Below, one piece after another: positions 43,423 to 60,843 of a DNA stretch of 64,000 nt. This DNA is from the human T2T-CHM13v2.0 reference genome, Homo sapiens. Location of the stretch: NCBI RefSeq assembly GCF_009914755.1, contig NC_060941.1, one strand, 5' to 3'. A model generated the notes under the pieces. It made no database searches, was not told where the DNA came from, and saw only the letters and a list, made by a program, of their open reading frames with translations. Both the position numbers and the translations under genes were made by a program. Positions within the stretch are counted from its first letter, which is position 1; each line of letters opens with the position of its first letter.

Positions 43423-43723
43423 CTAGAAAATAAAAGTAAATGAACTCAGTGACTACAGACAAGTCAGCCTCAGGCCACCCCCAGAGAACTACCGGGCACA
43501 GAGAGATGAGCATTCCTGTCTGGTCCTAAAAGTTCTCTTAAGGATGAGATGACCTCAGATGGTACAGAAAGCAGCTGTGGGCAGTGCTCATGGGACCCTA
43601 CTACAAGCTCCAAAGACTATCCAGCATCTACCTGAAGGAAAGATTTGTTCACCTTTTCTGTAAAGCAAGGAACAGAATCCTAAAGACAGTTCTCCAACTG
43701 ACCTGTTATTTCCTTGACTATCA

Positions 43724-44110
<387 letters not shown>

Positions 44111-44134
44111 CTAGAGCATGTACTTATTTGCATT

Positions 44135-44900
44135 TGTGGCATAATATGAAACATATCTGGTCATTGTCCCTGGTTCCTGTCTCAGAGCTCCCAAAACCTC
44201 TGGAATTTCCTGATAGGAATATCTTTTGTTATATTCATAATGAGCCCCTTTCAGTCACACCTGAGTTTATGCTAATGAAGTGACTTAGAGTGGGGCCTCT
44301 ACATAGACTCAGGATGGGGCTGGTCACCAGAAAGACAAATGATTAGAGGACTGAACTTTCAGTCCCATCCACCAACCTCTGGGAAGGAAAGGGATGGAGA
44401 CTGGGCTCTATTAGGCTTGAACAATGAGACTCATGAGCTTCTGGGATGCTGAACGTAGGGAGGTGCTGGATTGGAGCCTGCCCAGAAGAGCATGGAAGCT
44501 CTGCCACCCACTCCCCATGCCCTGCCCTGTGTATCTCCTCTGTCCAGCCATTTCTGACTCGTACTCTTTATGATAAACCAGTAAATGTAAGTAAGTGTTT
44601 CCAGCGTTTCCCTTAGTTCCATGAGCCACTGTAGCAGACTATCAAACCCAAGGAAGCAGGAGCGGGAGCCCTGACTTGTAGTTGGTCATCGGAAATCCTG
44701 AAGATCCAGACTGTGACCGGCGCCTGACGTGGCGGAAAATCTTCTGGGACTGAGCCCTTAACTTGCAGGATCTGACATTAACTCCAGGTAGAGTCAGAAT
44801 CAATTAAATAACAGGACAGCCGGCGGTGTTAGAGAGCTGGAGAATCCCTTTGTGTCCCACAGGTGTTGTATGAGAGTGCAGAGAAATGTGTTCCCGACGC
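44135..44900 (+). mobile_element. MER21-family LTR (MER21C-like)
   Basis: Starts TGTGGCATAATATGAAACATATCTGGTC...CACACCTGAGTTTATGCTAATGA, typical of MER21 by recall; 3' boundary approximate. Confidence 0.65.
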
Positions 44901-45053
44901 TCCTGAAGTTGCCTCCCTAATTTACTGCCTTCTTAATTAATTCCACTGCTTTATACTCATGAGAGTGCAGAGAAACAGTATGTGTTCCCGACGCTCCTGA
45001 AGTTGCCTCCCTAATTTACTGCCTCCTTAATTAATTCCACTGCTTTATACTCA
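44870..45053. repeat. About 90 bp direct tandem duplication
   Basis: TGAGAGTGCAGAGAAA...CCCGACGCTCCTGAAGTTGCC...GCTTTATACTCA present twice. Confidence 0.9.
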
Positions 45054-45054
45054 C

Positions 45055-45094
45055 TTTGAGAAACTGTCTTCTGTTATCCGGGTGTAGTCAGAGC
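45055..45094 (-). CDS. GLOD4: GLOD4 alternative 40-nt exon ([13 protein letters not shown]) of the 313-aa isoform
   Basis: ctttAG acceptor and AA|GTGAGT donor; with the 55-nt Alu exon it replaces exon 2 in frame (+45 nt); matches the 313-aa GLOD4 sequence as I recall it. Confidence 0.8.
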
Positions 45095-45127
45095 CTAAAG
45101 GAGATTTTAAGAAACAAGGTATCATAC

Positions 45128-45177
45128 CCATTACAGGCAGCTTTGCAGCCTTCTTCAAATTCCTCATGCCGCAGAAC
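45128..45177 (-). CDS. GLOD4: GLOD4 exon 2 (298-aa isoform)
   Basis: 50 nt [17 protein letters not shown], cAG acceptor and GTATGA donor. Confidence 0.95.
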
Positions 45178-45383
45178 CTGGTGTGAGATTTAGAATAAAT
45201 TGTGAAGTGTTGCTAGTACTGCTCACAGCGTCTTTAGCACAGACTAAAATGTCAAAACACAAACATTATCATTTATAAGCTTTACTTGTAAAAGAACAAA
45301 AGCAAATGAGCTTTACACTTCTCCCAGGATAGAAGCAGTGGAAGGACGAACAGCTTGACACCAAGGGTCAGGCTACCAAATCA

Positions 45384-47676
<2,293 letters not shown>

Positions 47677-48596
47677 TGATCGACGAGGAAATACTAACAA
47701 GGGACAGCTCTGTGGTTTCTGCTATCGAAAGTTTGGTGGTTTTTCACTATCAAATTCTGACTTCCATTACCATCATCTACGTACAAATCCAGTTCCAACT
47801 CCCACCCCAACCCAGGCCATGAGCTCTAATGGAGGATATATATCAGGGTCATTTGCACCTTTGTTGCCAAAACTCAACGTAGTACCCTGAAAATAGCAGA
47901 TATTTTAAAAATGACCTGACGAATTCAGATCCCCGTCTATTGCACCGTCTATACACTAAACCGCGCTCTTGCACCTTTCAAGTCTTCCTTAGTGGTGTGT
48001 TCCCTACCTCCCTGGCTTATCAAAGGAGGTCCCCAAAACCCAGTTCCCCAACCAACTGAATCCTGCAAATAACAGCTCCTCAGGACCCGAGACAGACCGC
48101 TTCTGGGTGCTGTTGAAAAGCAGATGGGTTGAGAGTTGGAGCATATATTCAGAGACTGAGTATCCGAAACGGACTATTCAGACCAGCCTTGCTAGAAGCA
48201 GAACTCTGAATACGCTGATTTTATCTACATCAAAGGCTCCAAACCGGAAAACACAAATATTAACTAGAAAGCATTATATAACATTTTATTTACCGTCTTT
48301 TCCGGTAGACGGTAAGCTCCACAAGGGCGGGGCTCAATAAACGTTTACGAGTGGCTTAAATGAAAGGACGTGCGTGGGCACACCGCGGGGACTAATCGTG
48401 TTAGGCCCTTCTCCAAGGCCTATGATCCCCAACGGCAACTCGCCACGCTCCTGAAGCTGAACACCGCGCAGGGCCTAAGGTCGGACACCCTCCGGCTTAG
48501 GTTCACGACACACCCATTTTCCCCTCCCTCCGCCAGGGCCGGCTCGGGCGCCGGTTCCAGCCTCGCGCGCCAGCCCCTGTCGGCCCCGGCCTGCAC

Positions 48597-48686
48597 CTTC
48601 ATCCCCAGGACGTCCCGATAGAAACGCGCCGTCTGGAAGCGGTTTCCCACTTTGAATACGAAGTGCAGAGCTCTGCGAGCAGCCAT
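48597..48686 (-). CDS. GLOD4: GLOD4 exon 1 (glyoxalase domain-containing protein 4)
   Basis: [30 protein letters not shown] then GTGCAG donor; the nine exons sum to 897 nt = 298 aa. Confidence 0.97.
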
Positions 48687-48809
48687 GATTCCCGCCGCAC
48701 GCAGCCGTCACGCGCACCGTACAGCCCAGTCCACGAAGGGCGCCACGGGCCGTGACGTCACTAGCCGCCGACGGCGCGCTTTCGTGACGCAGCCCGGGTC
48801 TCAGGGAAC
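48687..48809. promoter_or_regulatory. Compact bidirectional GLOD4/MRM3 promoter in a CpG island, with a palindromic CRE
   Basis: 123 bp between divergent ATGs; GTGACGTCAC at 48752-48761; half-CREs at 48706 and 48785; YY1-like AACATGGCGGC over the MRM3 ATG. Confidence 0.88.
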
Positions 48810-49123
48810 ATGGCGGCGCTGGTGAGACCCGCGAGGTTTGTCGTGCGACCGTTGCTGCAGGTGGTCCAGGCTTGGGACCTTGACGCGAGGCGCTGGGTCC
48901 GGGCGCTGCGGCGGAGCCCAGTGAAAGTGGTGTTTCCTTCCGAAGAGGTGGTGGAACAGAAGCGCGCTCCTGGGAAGCAGCCCCGCAAGGCACCATCTGA
49001 GGCCAGTGCCCAGGAGCAACGAGAGAAACAACCGCTCGAGGAGTCCGCATCCCGCGCTCCCAGCACCTGGGAAGAGTCTGGGCTTCGCTACGATAAAGCT
49101 TATCCCGGGGACAGGAGGCTGAG
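48810..49123 (+). CDS. MRM3: MRM3 (RNMTL1) exon 1, mitochondrial rRNA 2'-O-methyltransferase 3
   Basis: MAALVRPARFVVRPLLQVVQAW... Arg-rich presequence; AG|GTGATG donor; 314 nt. Confidence 0.96.
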
Positions 49124-49353
49124 GTGATGTGGTTCTTGAGCCTGTCGAATGTTCTCGTTTCCCTTCCCGTCGCACAGCGGAACCTTAACCTCCTTCCGAT
49201 GGAGGACTTCTTCCAGTACAGCCCGCTGGTTTTTGTATTATGCACAGAGGGCCGAATAAGCGTCTTTGGAATTAGCTTCTGTTTCTCCTTAGCTCTTTGT
49301 TGTTGTTTTTGTTTCACCATGTTGGCCAGGCTGATCTGGAACTCCTGACCTCA

Positions 49354-49458
<105 letters not shown>

Positions 49459-49513
49459 TCAGTAACAAGGATGTTGATAGTTACCTGTTTTTTTTTTTTA
49501 TTTCCATCTACAG

Positions 49514-50123
<610 letters not shown>

Positions 50124-50876
50124 TAGGACAGCAGCATTGAAATGAAATTCAAAATGTTACAATTAGAAAAATATAATTCTCAAACCTGTGTATCTTAGAG
50201 TATTTTCAATGGAAATTGAAACCCGTTTTTCACTATCATTTGTGTTGTGGCTCTTTATGGTCTCTAGGAAGAACCACTATTCCTCAAACCTTCTATTTTT
50301 TAGATTACTTCTTCAACTTTCTATGTCAGATTAAAAATTAAGAAAGCGTTTACTGAAAGATTGAGCCCTTCATTTTTGCAAAACCTCTGCCAATGTGGTG
50401 ATAACTGTCAATAAACTGCTTATTCCAGAAGCAGATCTAAGAAGCGAGGTACAAGCCACAATTTACTGCCCCGTTTAGCCCAATAAACAGAGAACCTTGT
50501 CTTCTAGTCTGTTCCTTCATTTGGCTGAATCTGACTTAACCTTATGTAACTCCGATGTTGATTAGCAGTTACAAAGTCTTTGGTCTAAATATGAGAAGAT
50601 AAGTTTTTCATACGTTTTTGACATGGGAGTTTTAAGATATGAAAACTGAATCCTTGAACTGCTGAGAGAGGAGATTCTGGGGAACCATCTCTTGTCTCTG
50701 TAACCCAGTGAGTCACAGGGATCTGTGCCTCTGCACTCAGAGCTCTTAGATCCTAGGATGGGGACTTGGATTACTAAAGTACCTAGAATTACTCATGCTA
50801 AGTAACCATATTCTCACTAGCTACAGCCCTCTAATCCACACGCCATGCTTCAGTGAAAGTGTTATTCATTTTTACC

Positions 50877-51035
50877 GTGCTTGTCACTTGGGGCAGGTGT
50901 GCTCACAGTGGCCAGCCCATCTTGAACTTGTGCTTGTCACTTGGGGCAGGTGTGCTCACAGTGGCCAGCCCATCTTGAACTTGTGCTTGTCACTTGGGGC
51001 AGGTGTGCTTACAGTGGCCAACCCATCTTGAACTT
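50877..51035. repeat. 53 bp tandem repeat x3 in MRM3 intron 2
   Basis: GTGCTTGTCACTTGGGGCAGGTGTGCTCACAGTGGCCAGCCCATCTTGAACTT at 50877, 50930 and 50983. Confidence 0.95.
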
Positions 51036-52552
51036 CATCATCATACCTGCTTTCATCATTTCCTGGCTTATCCTTATGTTACTATATTTTAGATTTGAGG
51101 GCAGGGAATAAGGGAGAAATGGATAGGAACTGGCAGCACCTGTCAGGCTTTAGACAGACACTCCCCAGAATCCAGCGACATAAGTAGGGCCTCCGTATAG
51201 TGGGTTCTCATCACCACAGACATCCAAGTAGAAGTAAAGGACTTCTAAGGTCCTCAGCCCTACTGAATGGCTTTTGGCCATCTGTGACTCCGAAGTGGAG
51301 GCTCTCTCACAGCACACAGACGCCTAATACCCTTCCATTGCCTTCAGTGGTGGATAGGCTTTTTACCTGCACCATCTTTTAGAAAGAATCCTAAATCTTT
51401 GATTGTATCATGTTTCAGTACAAGTACTATTTCATTCATCTCCTGACTTCAGTCAGTAGCCCATTTATTGTAGCAATCATATACGACAAAATACTAGTAA
51501 GATTCAAAAAAACTGTACAGTCCCTTGGGAGCAGACTACAAAGGGATTGAATATTTGATAATTATACATAAAGAGTTTAGGGTAGTGCTTGGCTTAAAAA
51601 AAAAAGCTTACTAAAAGGTTATCATTATCACCTCTACCAGTAAACATGGTGATTCAAAAAGAAACTTGTGGATATGTGATACACCCATGTGAATAACTTC
51701 ATCTATACCACAGCAATTTCATGTACTCAAAGCCATTTTTAATATTGTTATTAGCCTTTTTCCAATTTTTCTCTTTTCCCATAAATTCTTTCCATAAAAC
51801 TTTAGAGATTAATAATGTAGAGATTATATAATGTAATTATATAATGTATATATAATTTTATCATGTAGAGATCATTAAATAAGGAGAGAATTTTCCACTA
51901 AGAAGGCCACTTAGGGTTTTCATTTTCCCAGATAGTCCCAGACCCCATTTTACTCCTTTGTATTAGACTGAGGACAGAGCGGTCGCCAGTAAGTGGCTGT
52001 ACCCATTCTAAAGCTCCCAGGCTTCTGGACCTCCAGCGTGAGGCCTTGGAAGTGACTCAAGCGTTCACTGCACCTACAGCCCCTTCGTTTTGCAGAGTAT
52101 GTCCCTAAGACAGTGCTTCTGAGCCAGCGTATTTGAAAAAGGGGTTGTTACTTTGATGCATTCAAGTTTTGAAATTCATATTCTTTTTCCTAGGAATGTA
52201 GTTTGAATTTTAAAATGAGTGATAAAGGAAAGATAAATCAGTATAGCAGGCTAATAATTGTTTTTTAAATATTTAAGCCTATAAACTATTTTTTAAAAGC
52301 CTACCTGGTAGGAAGATGGGCACAGGTTGTAGAAACAAGACAGTTAAAGGAGCACAGGAATTCACTGAAGAAGATCGCAGTCAGTCAGTAAGGTGTTTAG
52401 CTTCTCTAGTAATCAGAGAAAAGGCAAGTTAAAATAATGGCATGCTGTTTTTTCTATCACATTGGGACAAATGGAAACAAATGATAGACCCGCTTTTAAG
52501 AAGGGTTTGAGCTGGAAAACAGGTTTTGTTTTGTTTTGTTTTTTGTTTTTGA

Positions 52553-52939
<387 letters not shown>

Positions 52940-53354
52940 TGATCCGCCCACCTCAGCCTCCCAACATGCTGGGATTACAGGCATGAGCTACCGTGCCTGG
53001 CCTAATTTTTGTATTTTTATTAGAGACGGGGTTTCACCATGTTGTTCAGGCTGGTCTCAAACTCCTGACCTTGTGATCCGCCCACCTCAGCCTCCCAAAG
53101 TGCTGGGATTATAGGCATGAGCCACTGCGCCCAGCCGAAAACAGGTATTTATGAGTTCCTGATGTGAATAAACTGAAAGAGCCTGTGTGAACGTTAATAG
53201 TGCACGCACATCATTTGTCCATTTCACTCACAGGTATTTATGCTAGAGAAATTTTTAGACACATGGACAGACAGTCCTACAGGGATACCCATTGCAGCAG
53301 CATTTGTAACAGGGAAAAATTCAAATAATTTAACAGTCCATAGGGGAAGAGCTA

Positions 53355-53522
<168 letters not shown>

Positions 53523-53941
53523 TTAGCCGGGTGTGGTTGCGGGTGCCTGTAATCCCAGCTACTTGGGAGGCTGAGAGGCAGGAGAATTGCTTAAACCCGG
53601 GAGGCAGAGGTTGCAGTGAGCCAGCATTACACCATTGTACTCCAGCCTGGGCAACAGAGTGAGAGAGTGGGACTCTGTCTCAAAAAAAAATAGCCTACAG
53701 CAGTTAAAGGAAAAAAGTAGCTTCAAACATATTGACATGGTAAGTTCAAGATATATTGTTGCGTAAATAAGTCGATTACAGAATAATACAGAGTATGACA
53801 CGGAATGTAAAACACATTTACATATGGACAGGTGTGCATATATATAGGTAGATGCATAGAACAAGTTCTAAAAGGATACACTCCAAAACAGAACAGTTGA
53901 GGGGGAGGAGAGTGGTACTGGTAGAATTTTATGTTGTTTGA

Positions 53942-54328
<387 letters not shown>

Positions 54329-54392
54329 TGAAAAGTCAGACTATTCCCCGTGCCCACACCAGGCAAGTAAACCACCTGTTTTGTTTCCTCAG

Positions 54393-54560
54393 GGATTTTT
54401 GCCAAGCCTGACCATGTTAAGATGACATATCCAAAGACTCAGCTTCAGCATTCACTGCCTTTATTATTGATTTGTGACAATCTCCGTGACCCTGGGAACC
54501 TGGGGACAATTCTGAGATCTGCAGCTGGGGCAGGCTGCAGCAAAGTGTTACTCACCAAAG
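54393..54560 (+). CDS. MRM3: MRM3 exon 3
   Basis: 168 nt GIFAKPDH...LLLICDNLRDPGNLGTILRSAAGAG (SpoU motif 1), GTAAGG donor. Confidence 0.97.
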
Positions 54561-55011
54561 GTAAGGACATCAAAGGCCAGGCATAGTGGCTCACACTCGT
54601 AATCCAGCCCTTTGGGAGGCCGAGGCAGGAGGGTCACTTGAGCCCAGGAGTTCAGGACCATCCTGGGCAACATAGTGAGACCTCATCTCTACAAAAAAAA
54701 CTACAATTAGTTGGGTGTGGTGGGGTGTGCCTGTACTCAGTCCCAGCAACTTGGGAGGCTGAGGTGGGAGGATTGCTTGAGCCTGGGATGTCAAAGCTCA
54801 TCACATGTCAAGTGAGCTCATCACTGCACTCCAGCCTGGGCGACAGAGTGAGACTCCCTCTCAAAAAAATAATAAAACCAGGTGGATTAGTTGGTCTGGT
54901 CTTTTTTTTTTTTTTTTTTTTTATTAAAGAGATGGGGTCTCACTATGTTGCCCAGGCTGGTGTTGAACTGGCTCTGACTCAAGCAGTCCTCCTGCCTCAG
55001 TCTCCCAAAGT

Positions 55012-55267
55012 GCTGGAATTATAGGCATGAACAACTATGCCCAGCCAAGTCAATCACTGTTAGGTGAGCTATGGCTCTGGGCAGGCAGACATGCATTGGA
55101 TCTTGGGTCTGCCTTCACTAGCTGTGGTCCCTGAGCAGTAGCTGGAATGACAGGCATGAATAACCACGCCCAGCCAAGTCGACCATTGTTAGGTGAGCTA
55201 GGGCTCTGGGCAGGCAGACACGGCTTTGGATGGGTCTGCCTTCACTAGCTGTGGTCCCTGAGCAGTA
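55012..55267. repeat. Diverged tandem duplication of about 128 bp spanning an Alu end and flanking sequence
   Basis: GCTGGAAT..AGGCATGAA...GTTAGGTGAGCTA...CTGTGGTCCCTGAGCAGTA at 55012 and 55141. Confidence 0.85.
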
Positions 55268-56909
55268 GTCCCTGAAGTGTCAGCTTCCTCGTTGGTGAAC
55301 TGGGAGGAATAACAGAATCTCCCTGGTCACTGTGAGGATTAAGTGAGATGATGCACAGAAGTTACTTCATACCTTACCTGCCTCACGAGTAATTCAGTCA
55401 ATGTTGATTCTCTTTTTTAAAAATTATGTTTTTTGTAGAGACGGGGTCTTGCTGTGTTGCCCAGGCTAATCTGGAACTCCTAAGCTCAAGGGATCCTCCT
55501 GCCTCGGCCTGTCAAAGTGCTGAGATTATAGGCATTAGCCGCCATACCCAGCCATGTTTATTATCTTTTAAAATTATCATGAAACCTGCTAGGCTGTTAG
55601 AGAACTTCACATCGATTATGGAAAAGAAATAGATGCCAATTTTAACACTTGGTTTCTGGTTCTTTATGTAATGATATTGAGTTCCCAAATTGCTGAGTAT
55701 ATGAGCCATTCCTGAGTCTTGACTTCTGAATCCTATGAAAGGAATGACGTCAGCAGCTCTGAATCCTAATGTCATTGTGATCCGTTTCCCTTAGATTCCC
55801 TTAGCCTCAGCGTGGGTCACATGCCCCGCACACAAATTCGCCTCATTACATTTCTGTCTCTTCTCATCAGAAATAGGGATTAATAGGCTTGGCTCTAAAC
55901 AGACTTTCCTCACAGTTGGAGCACGCCTAAAATGTCTCTTACACCTTGGGAGGTGGAGGGGACAGAGAGTACCATTCATCAGAAACACCCCAGCCACCAT
56001 TAAAAGTAAACTAATAGTGGCACCCGTTGTTGAGACTTGCCTAAATTGCTGCTCGCAGCTCTTTCTCAGTCACGCCTTGCTAGAATACGTTTCTGTGCCA
56101 GTGTGAGAGCTACGTGCTGGGGTTCTGTGATCAGTACCCGCTTACTCGCCCCATTATTTAGTGCTCTGATAGCTGTTGTGGGATTTGGAAATAAATCTAA
56201 ATAATCCAAGCATTGTGGTTTTCACATTGATACTGATGGCTGGGGTGTAAGAAATAGGGAAAGAAGGTAGGAAATACTTGGTGTGGTGCCCAGTATCCAG
56301 GACATGAGGATGACGGGAGGAGTCTCGCCTTTCCCCTTTCCCTTCTCCCCTCCAGGCAGAGGGGTCAGCCTCGGCCGCTCCTCTCACACGCCTGGGCCTA
56401 TCTCTGGTTTCCTGCAGGGAGAGGGAAAGCCCGTGGCTGGGGGTGCAGGCGCTGTTACATCCTCTGTGTCTTATTCTCCGTTTAAAATCTGGTTTGCCTG
56501 GTTCGTCTATCCCGAGGTTTGACAAATGAACTTCTAAAATAACTCGTCAGGAGAAGACTTGCGCTAACAAGCTGTGCGGGGGAGGGTGGGAGGCCATGCA
56601 GTCACTGCGAGGCCCCACCCTCGGCCACTCTCCCAGCCCGCCCGTGGTGAGGAGCCGCCCCTGGGAAAGGCCAGGCGTCGCAGGCTGCTGCCGGGGTTGC
56701 CTCTTGCCTCATTGCCTCATCTCTAGAGTGTTCCCTGCTCCGGTGCAGACTGAACGTTGAAGCCCAATGGGTCTTGATGAAACTATAGATCTGATTCTGT
56801 CACTGCTTTGCTTAAGATCCCTCAATGGCATGATACTGTCTTCTGATAAAATGCCAAACTCCTCAGCTTCCCATAGGAGGCCTCCTCCGTGTTGGCCTGC
56901 CCACCTCCC

Positions 56910-57290
56910 ACCTCCTGTGCCACTACAGCCCCAGCGCTGATTGACCGGCTCACTGCCTGTGCCACCACACCCCCACCCGCTGATTGGCTGGCTCACCTCC
57001 TGTGCCGCCACAGCGCCACCGCTGATTGGCCGGCTCACCCCCTGTGCCGCCACAGCACCACCAGTGATTGGCCGGCTCACCCCCTGTGCCGCCACAGCAC
57101 CACCAGTGATTGGCAGGCTCACCTGTGCCACCACACCCCCACCCGCTGATTGGCCAGCTCACCTCCTGTGCCACCACACCCCCTCACCCGCTGATTGGCC
57201 ACCTCAACTGTGCCACCACACCCCCACCGGCTGATTGGCTGGCTCACCTCCTGTGCCGCCACAGCGCCACCGCTGATTGGCCGGCTCACC
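56910..57290. repeat. About 42 bp GC-rich minisatellite x9 in MRM3 intron 3, carrying CCAAT boxes
   Basis: Unit GCTGATTGGCCGGCTCACC(C/T)CCTGTGCCGCCACAGCGCCACC. Confidence 0.93.
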
Positions 57291-57792
57291 ATGCTTGCAG
57301 TCCTTAGGCTGCGCCACTCTCCCGCTTCCTCTCCTAGCTCTGTCCTCTGCCTGGGCCTTTATCTCAGTGTGGTGGTCTTTTAGATGGTTTTCCTCATCGC
57401 CCTGCTTTGTCCGTGGGTTTTCTATGACTGTGTGGGTGCTTCTTTTACATCAGTTACTGATACTGTAGCCATCTGTTTAATACCACCCCACTACACTGTG
57501 CGTTCCTTGGGGTTGGGGACTTTCATTATCTTTGCATCTTCTGCGCAGTGTCTGGCACGTGTGAATGGGAGATGTTGAAGGGATGCATAAAATATCTTCA
57601 GCACTAGCAGGAGTGACTCCTATAGTCGCTGTGCTGGATGCTGTCAGAGAGAGGCAGAAGGTCCCATCCCTCAAGAAAGCTATCATAGAAGAACTGGTTT
57701 ATCTCCTGATCCAAAATTGATCAGACTTACTCCACAGTCCCCTGGTCTGGGAAGATTTGTAACATCTTGATTGTTTCCTTTTTATTTTCCAG

Positions 57793-58328
57793 GCTGTGTG
57801 GATGCCTGGGAGCCCAAAGTGCTCCGGGCGGGTATGGGCGCACATTTCCGGATGCCCATTATCAATAATCTGGAATGGGAAACCGTGCCCAATTACCTGC
57901 CCCCTGACACTCGGGTCTATGTGGCTGACAACTGTGGCCTTTATGCCCAGGCTGAGATGTCTAATAAAGCTAGTGACCATGGCTGGGTGTGTGATCAACG
58001 AGTGATGAAGTTTCACAAGTATGAGGAAGAGGAAGATGTAGAAACCGGAGCCAGTCAAGATTGGCTGCCTCATGTTGAGGTTCAGAGTTACGACTCGGAC
58101 TGGACAGAGGCGCCGGCAGCTGTGGTGATTGGCGGGGAGACCTACGGCGTGAGCCTGGAGTCCCTGCAGCTGGCCGAGAGCACTGGTGGCAAGAGGCTGC
58201 TGATCCCCGTTGTGCCTGGTGTGGACAGCCTCAACTCGGCCATGGCGGCAAGCATCCTGCTTTTCGAAGGGAAAAGACAGCTGCGGGGGAGGGCGGAGGA
58301 CTTGAGCAGGGACAGGAGTTACCACTGA
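57793..58328 (+). CDS. MRM3: MRM3 exon 4
   Basis: CVDAWEPKVLRAGMGAHF...VIGGETYGVS...IPVVPGVDSLNSAMAASILLFE (SPOUT motifs 2 and 3); the four exons sum to 1263 nt = 420 aa. Confidence 0.97.
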
Positions 58329-58740
58329 GGACGCAGAAGTGACTTCTGCTTGAGGACGTCTGCAGCTCCTCCTACACCAGCACACTGGTGGGAGGCTGGC
58401 GGAGTCAGTGACTATGGCCCCCACGTTCAGGAGGAAGGTGTGATGCCGTCATACAGTTACAGGAAAAATAAGAACTTCCTCAGAAAGAACAGGTCCGAAT
58501 TCTTCCTGTCGCGTCACTGATTTTGAGGTTCTTTTTTCTCTTGGTGACAATAGGTGACCCACGTGGCTCTGTGTGTTTTTAAAAATTGTCCACCAAGAAG
58601 CACTTTGTGCCCAGAAAGTTCCTGAAGCATCATCCTGGCAGGGAGGCGCCTGCTCCACCAGCTGGTGGGTGTTTGTAATCGCCAAGCACCAGCTATAGGT
58701 CACAGCCACATCACTCACAGCTGATCACTGGTTGGTGGAA

Positions 58741-58746
58741 AATAAA
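58741..58746 (+). terminator. MRM3: MRM3 polyadenylation signal AATAAA
   Basis: AATAAA followed about 25 nt later by a GT-rich downstream element (GTTGTTTTGTGTCGTTGGTGTGT). Confidence 0.85.
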
Positions 58747-59377
58747 CTATGAGCAGCAGATTACGTTAGTAAGTTGTTTTGTGTCGTTGGTGTGTCACAG
58801 TACCTGTCACGTTTGGCCTGGTAACGAGGACGTGGCTAAGGGAACACCAGGAAGCTGAGGGCTACGCTCATGGCATCCAGCAGCTCTGCTCTGGGCTCAG
58901 ATGGTCTGTCTTTGAGATTGTTCAGGGCTTCACTGAGCCACTGTTTATGTATCCATAGAAACGGCTTAATTCAACAGGCCATGTCAGACCTTCTTGGCAC
59001 CTCTGCAGATACCTTTTTGAGGACTTTGCAGAGATGGAAGTCTATGCGGAAAACTGAATTTCAAAATCGGCAGCCTCACCCTGCATGTGTCAGGAAAGTG
59101 TCACTGTTTCCTGGTTCCCTGTGTTAGTCCTACTTACGTCTCATCCCCCAATGTTTAGAGGCCAAGGTTCTGAGAATGAACGCCCACAATACAGCGGCAG
59201 GACCCTTCTGTTCTCTCAGCCCCTCCAGGGCCCAGGGCAAGCTGGATCTTTACCTACTAGCGGCCAAACCAGGATGTAGCCAGGGTGTCAGGGCAAGTGC
59301 TGATGGTCATCAATGTATCTATAAGGAACTGTGGGGATGGGGTGGGTGGGTGGAATATGGGACTCTTAAGCACTGCT

Positions 59378-59853
<476 letters not shown>

Positions 59854-60408
59854 TCACTCCAGGGAGGTCAAGTGTGTTGCTGGTGTGCCCAGGAGAAACC
59901 TTCTTTCTCTTCTACTCCCCCAACTTCCTAGTCAAACTCCCTCTTCCTAGTAAAACCAAATGACCAAGCATGATTCACGTGCCAAGGGGCAGGTTGGGAT
60001 TGCTCTCCCCTGGGGGAGGGGTGTTTGCAGGGACAGTGTCCTCCCAGGCTGACATCTGAATATTTGAACATCTGCTCTGGAGCCCCACTGTGGTCTGGGC
60101 CTGCCCAGAGCTCCACATGAATGGGCAATGCAAGTGTCCCCCCAACACTGCTCCCAAAGGCTGGTGCAGAGAGGACAGGCGGAAAGGCGGCCTGGAGAAT
60201 GCAAATCCATCCCACTCCAGTCTCCCCAGACACCTCAGGACAGTGCTCAAGCAGCAGGAGTCACGAAAAGGAAGCTCACATCTTTCCAGCCTAAAACCAA
60301 TCTCGTGGGATTTGTTCCCCGGGTTATACTCCCACTGACTCGTTACAAAATAACAGTGAAAGAATAAACCATGTATTACCTTGTCCTTGTTTAGAAAAAG
60401 CAATGTAA

Positions 60409-60843
<435 letters not shown>

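Noticed and set aside
48475-49320. 281-aa minus-strand ORF across the GLOD4/MRM3 promoter
   Set aside because: Starts in an Alu fragment, is out of frame with GLOD4 and is explained by CpG-island composition
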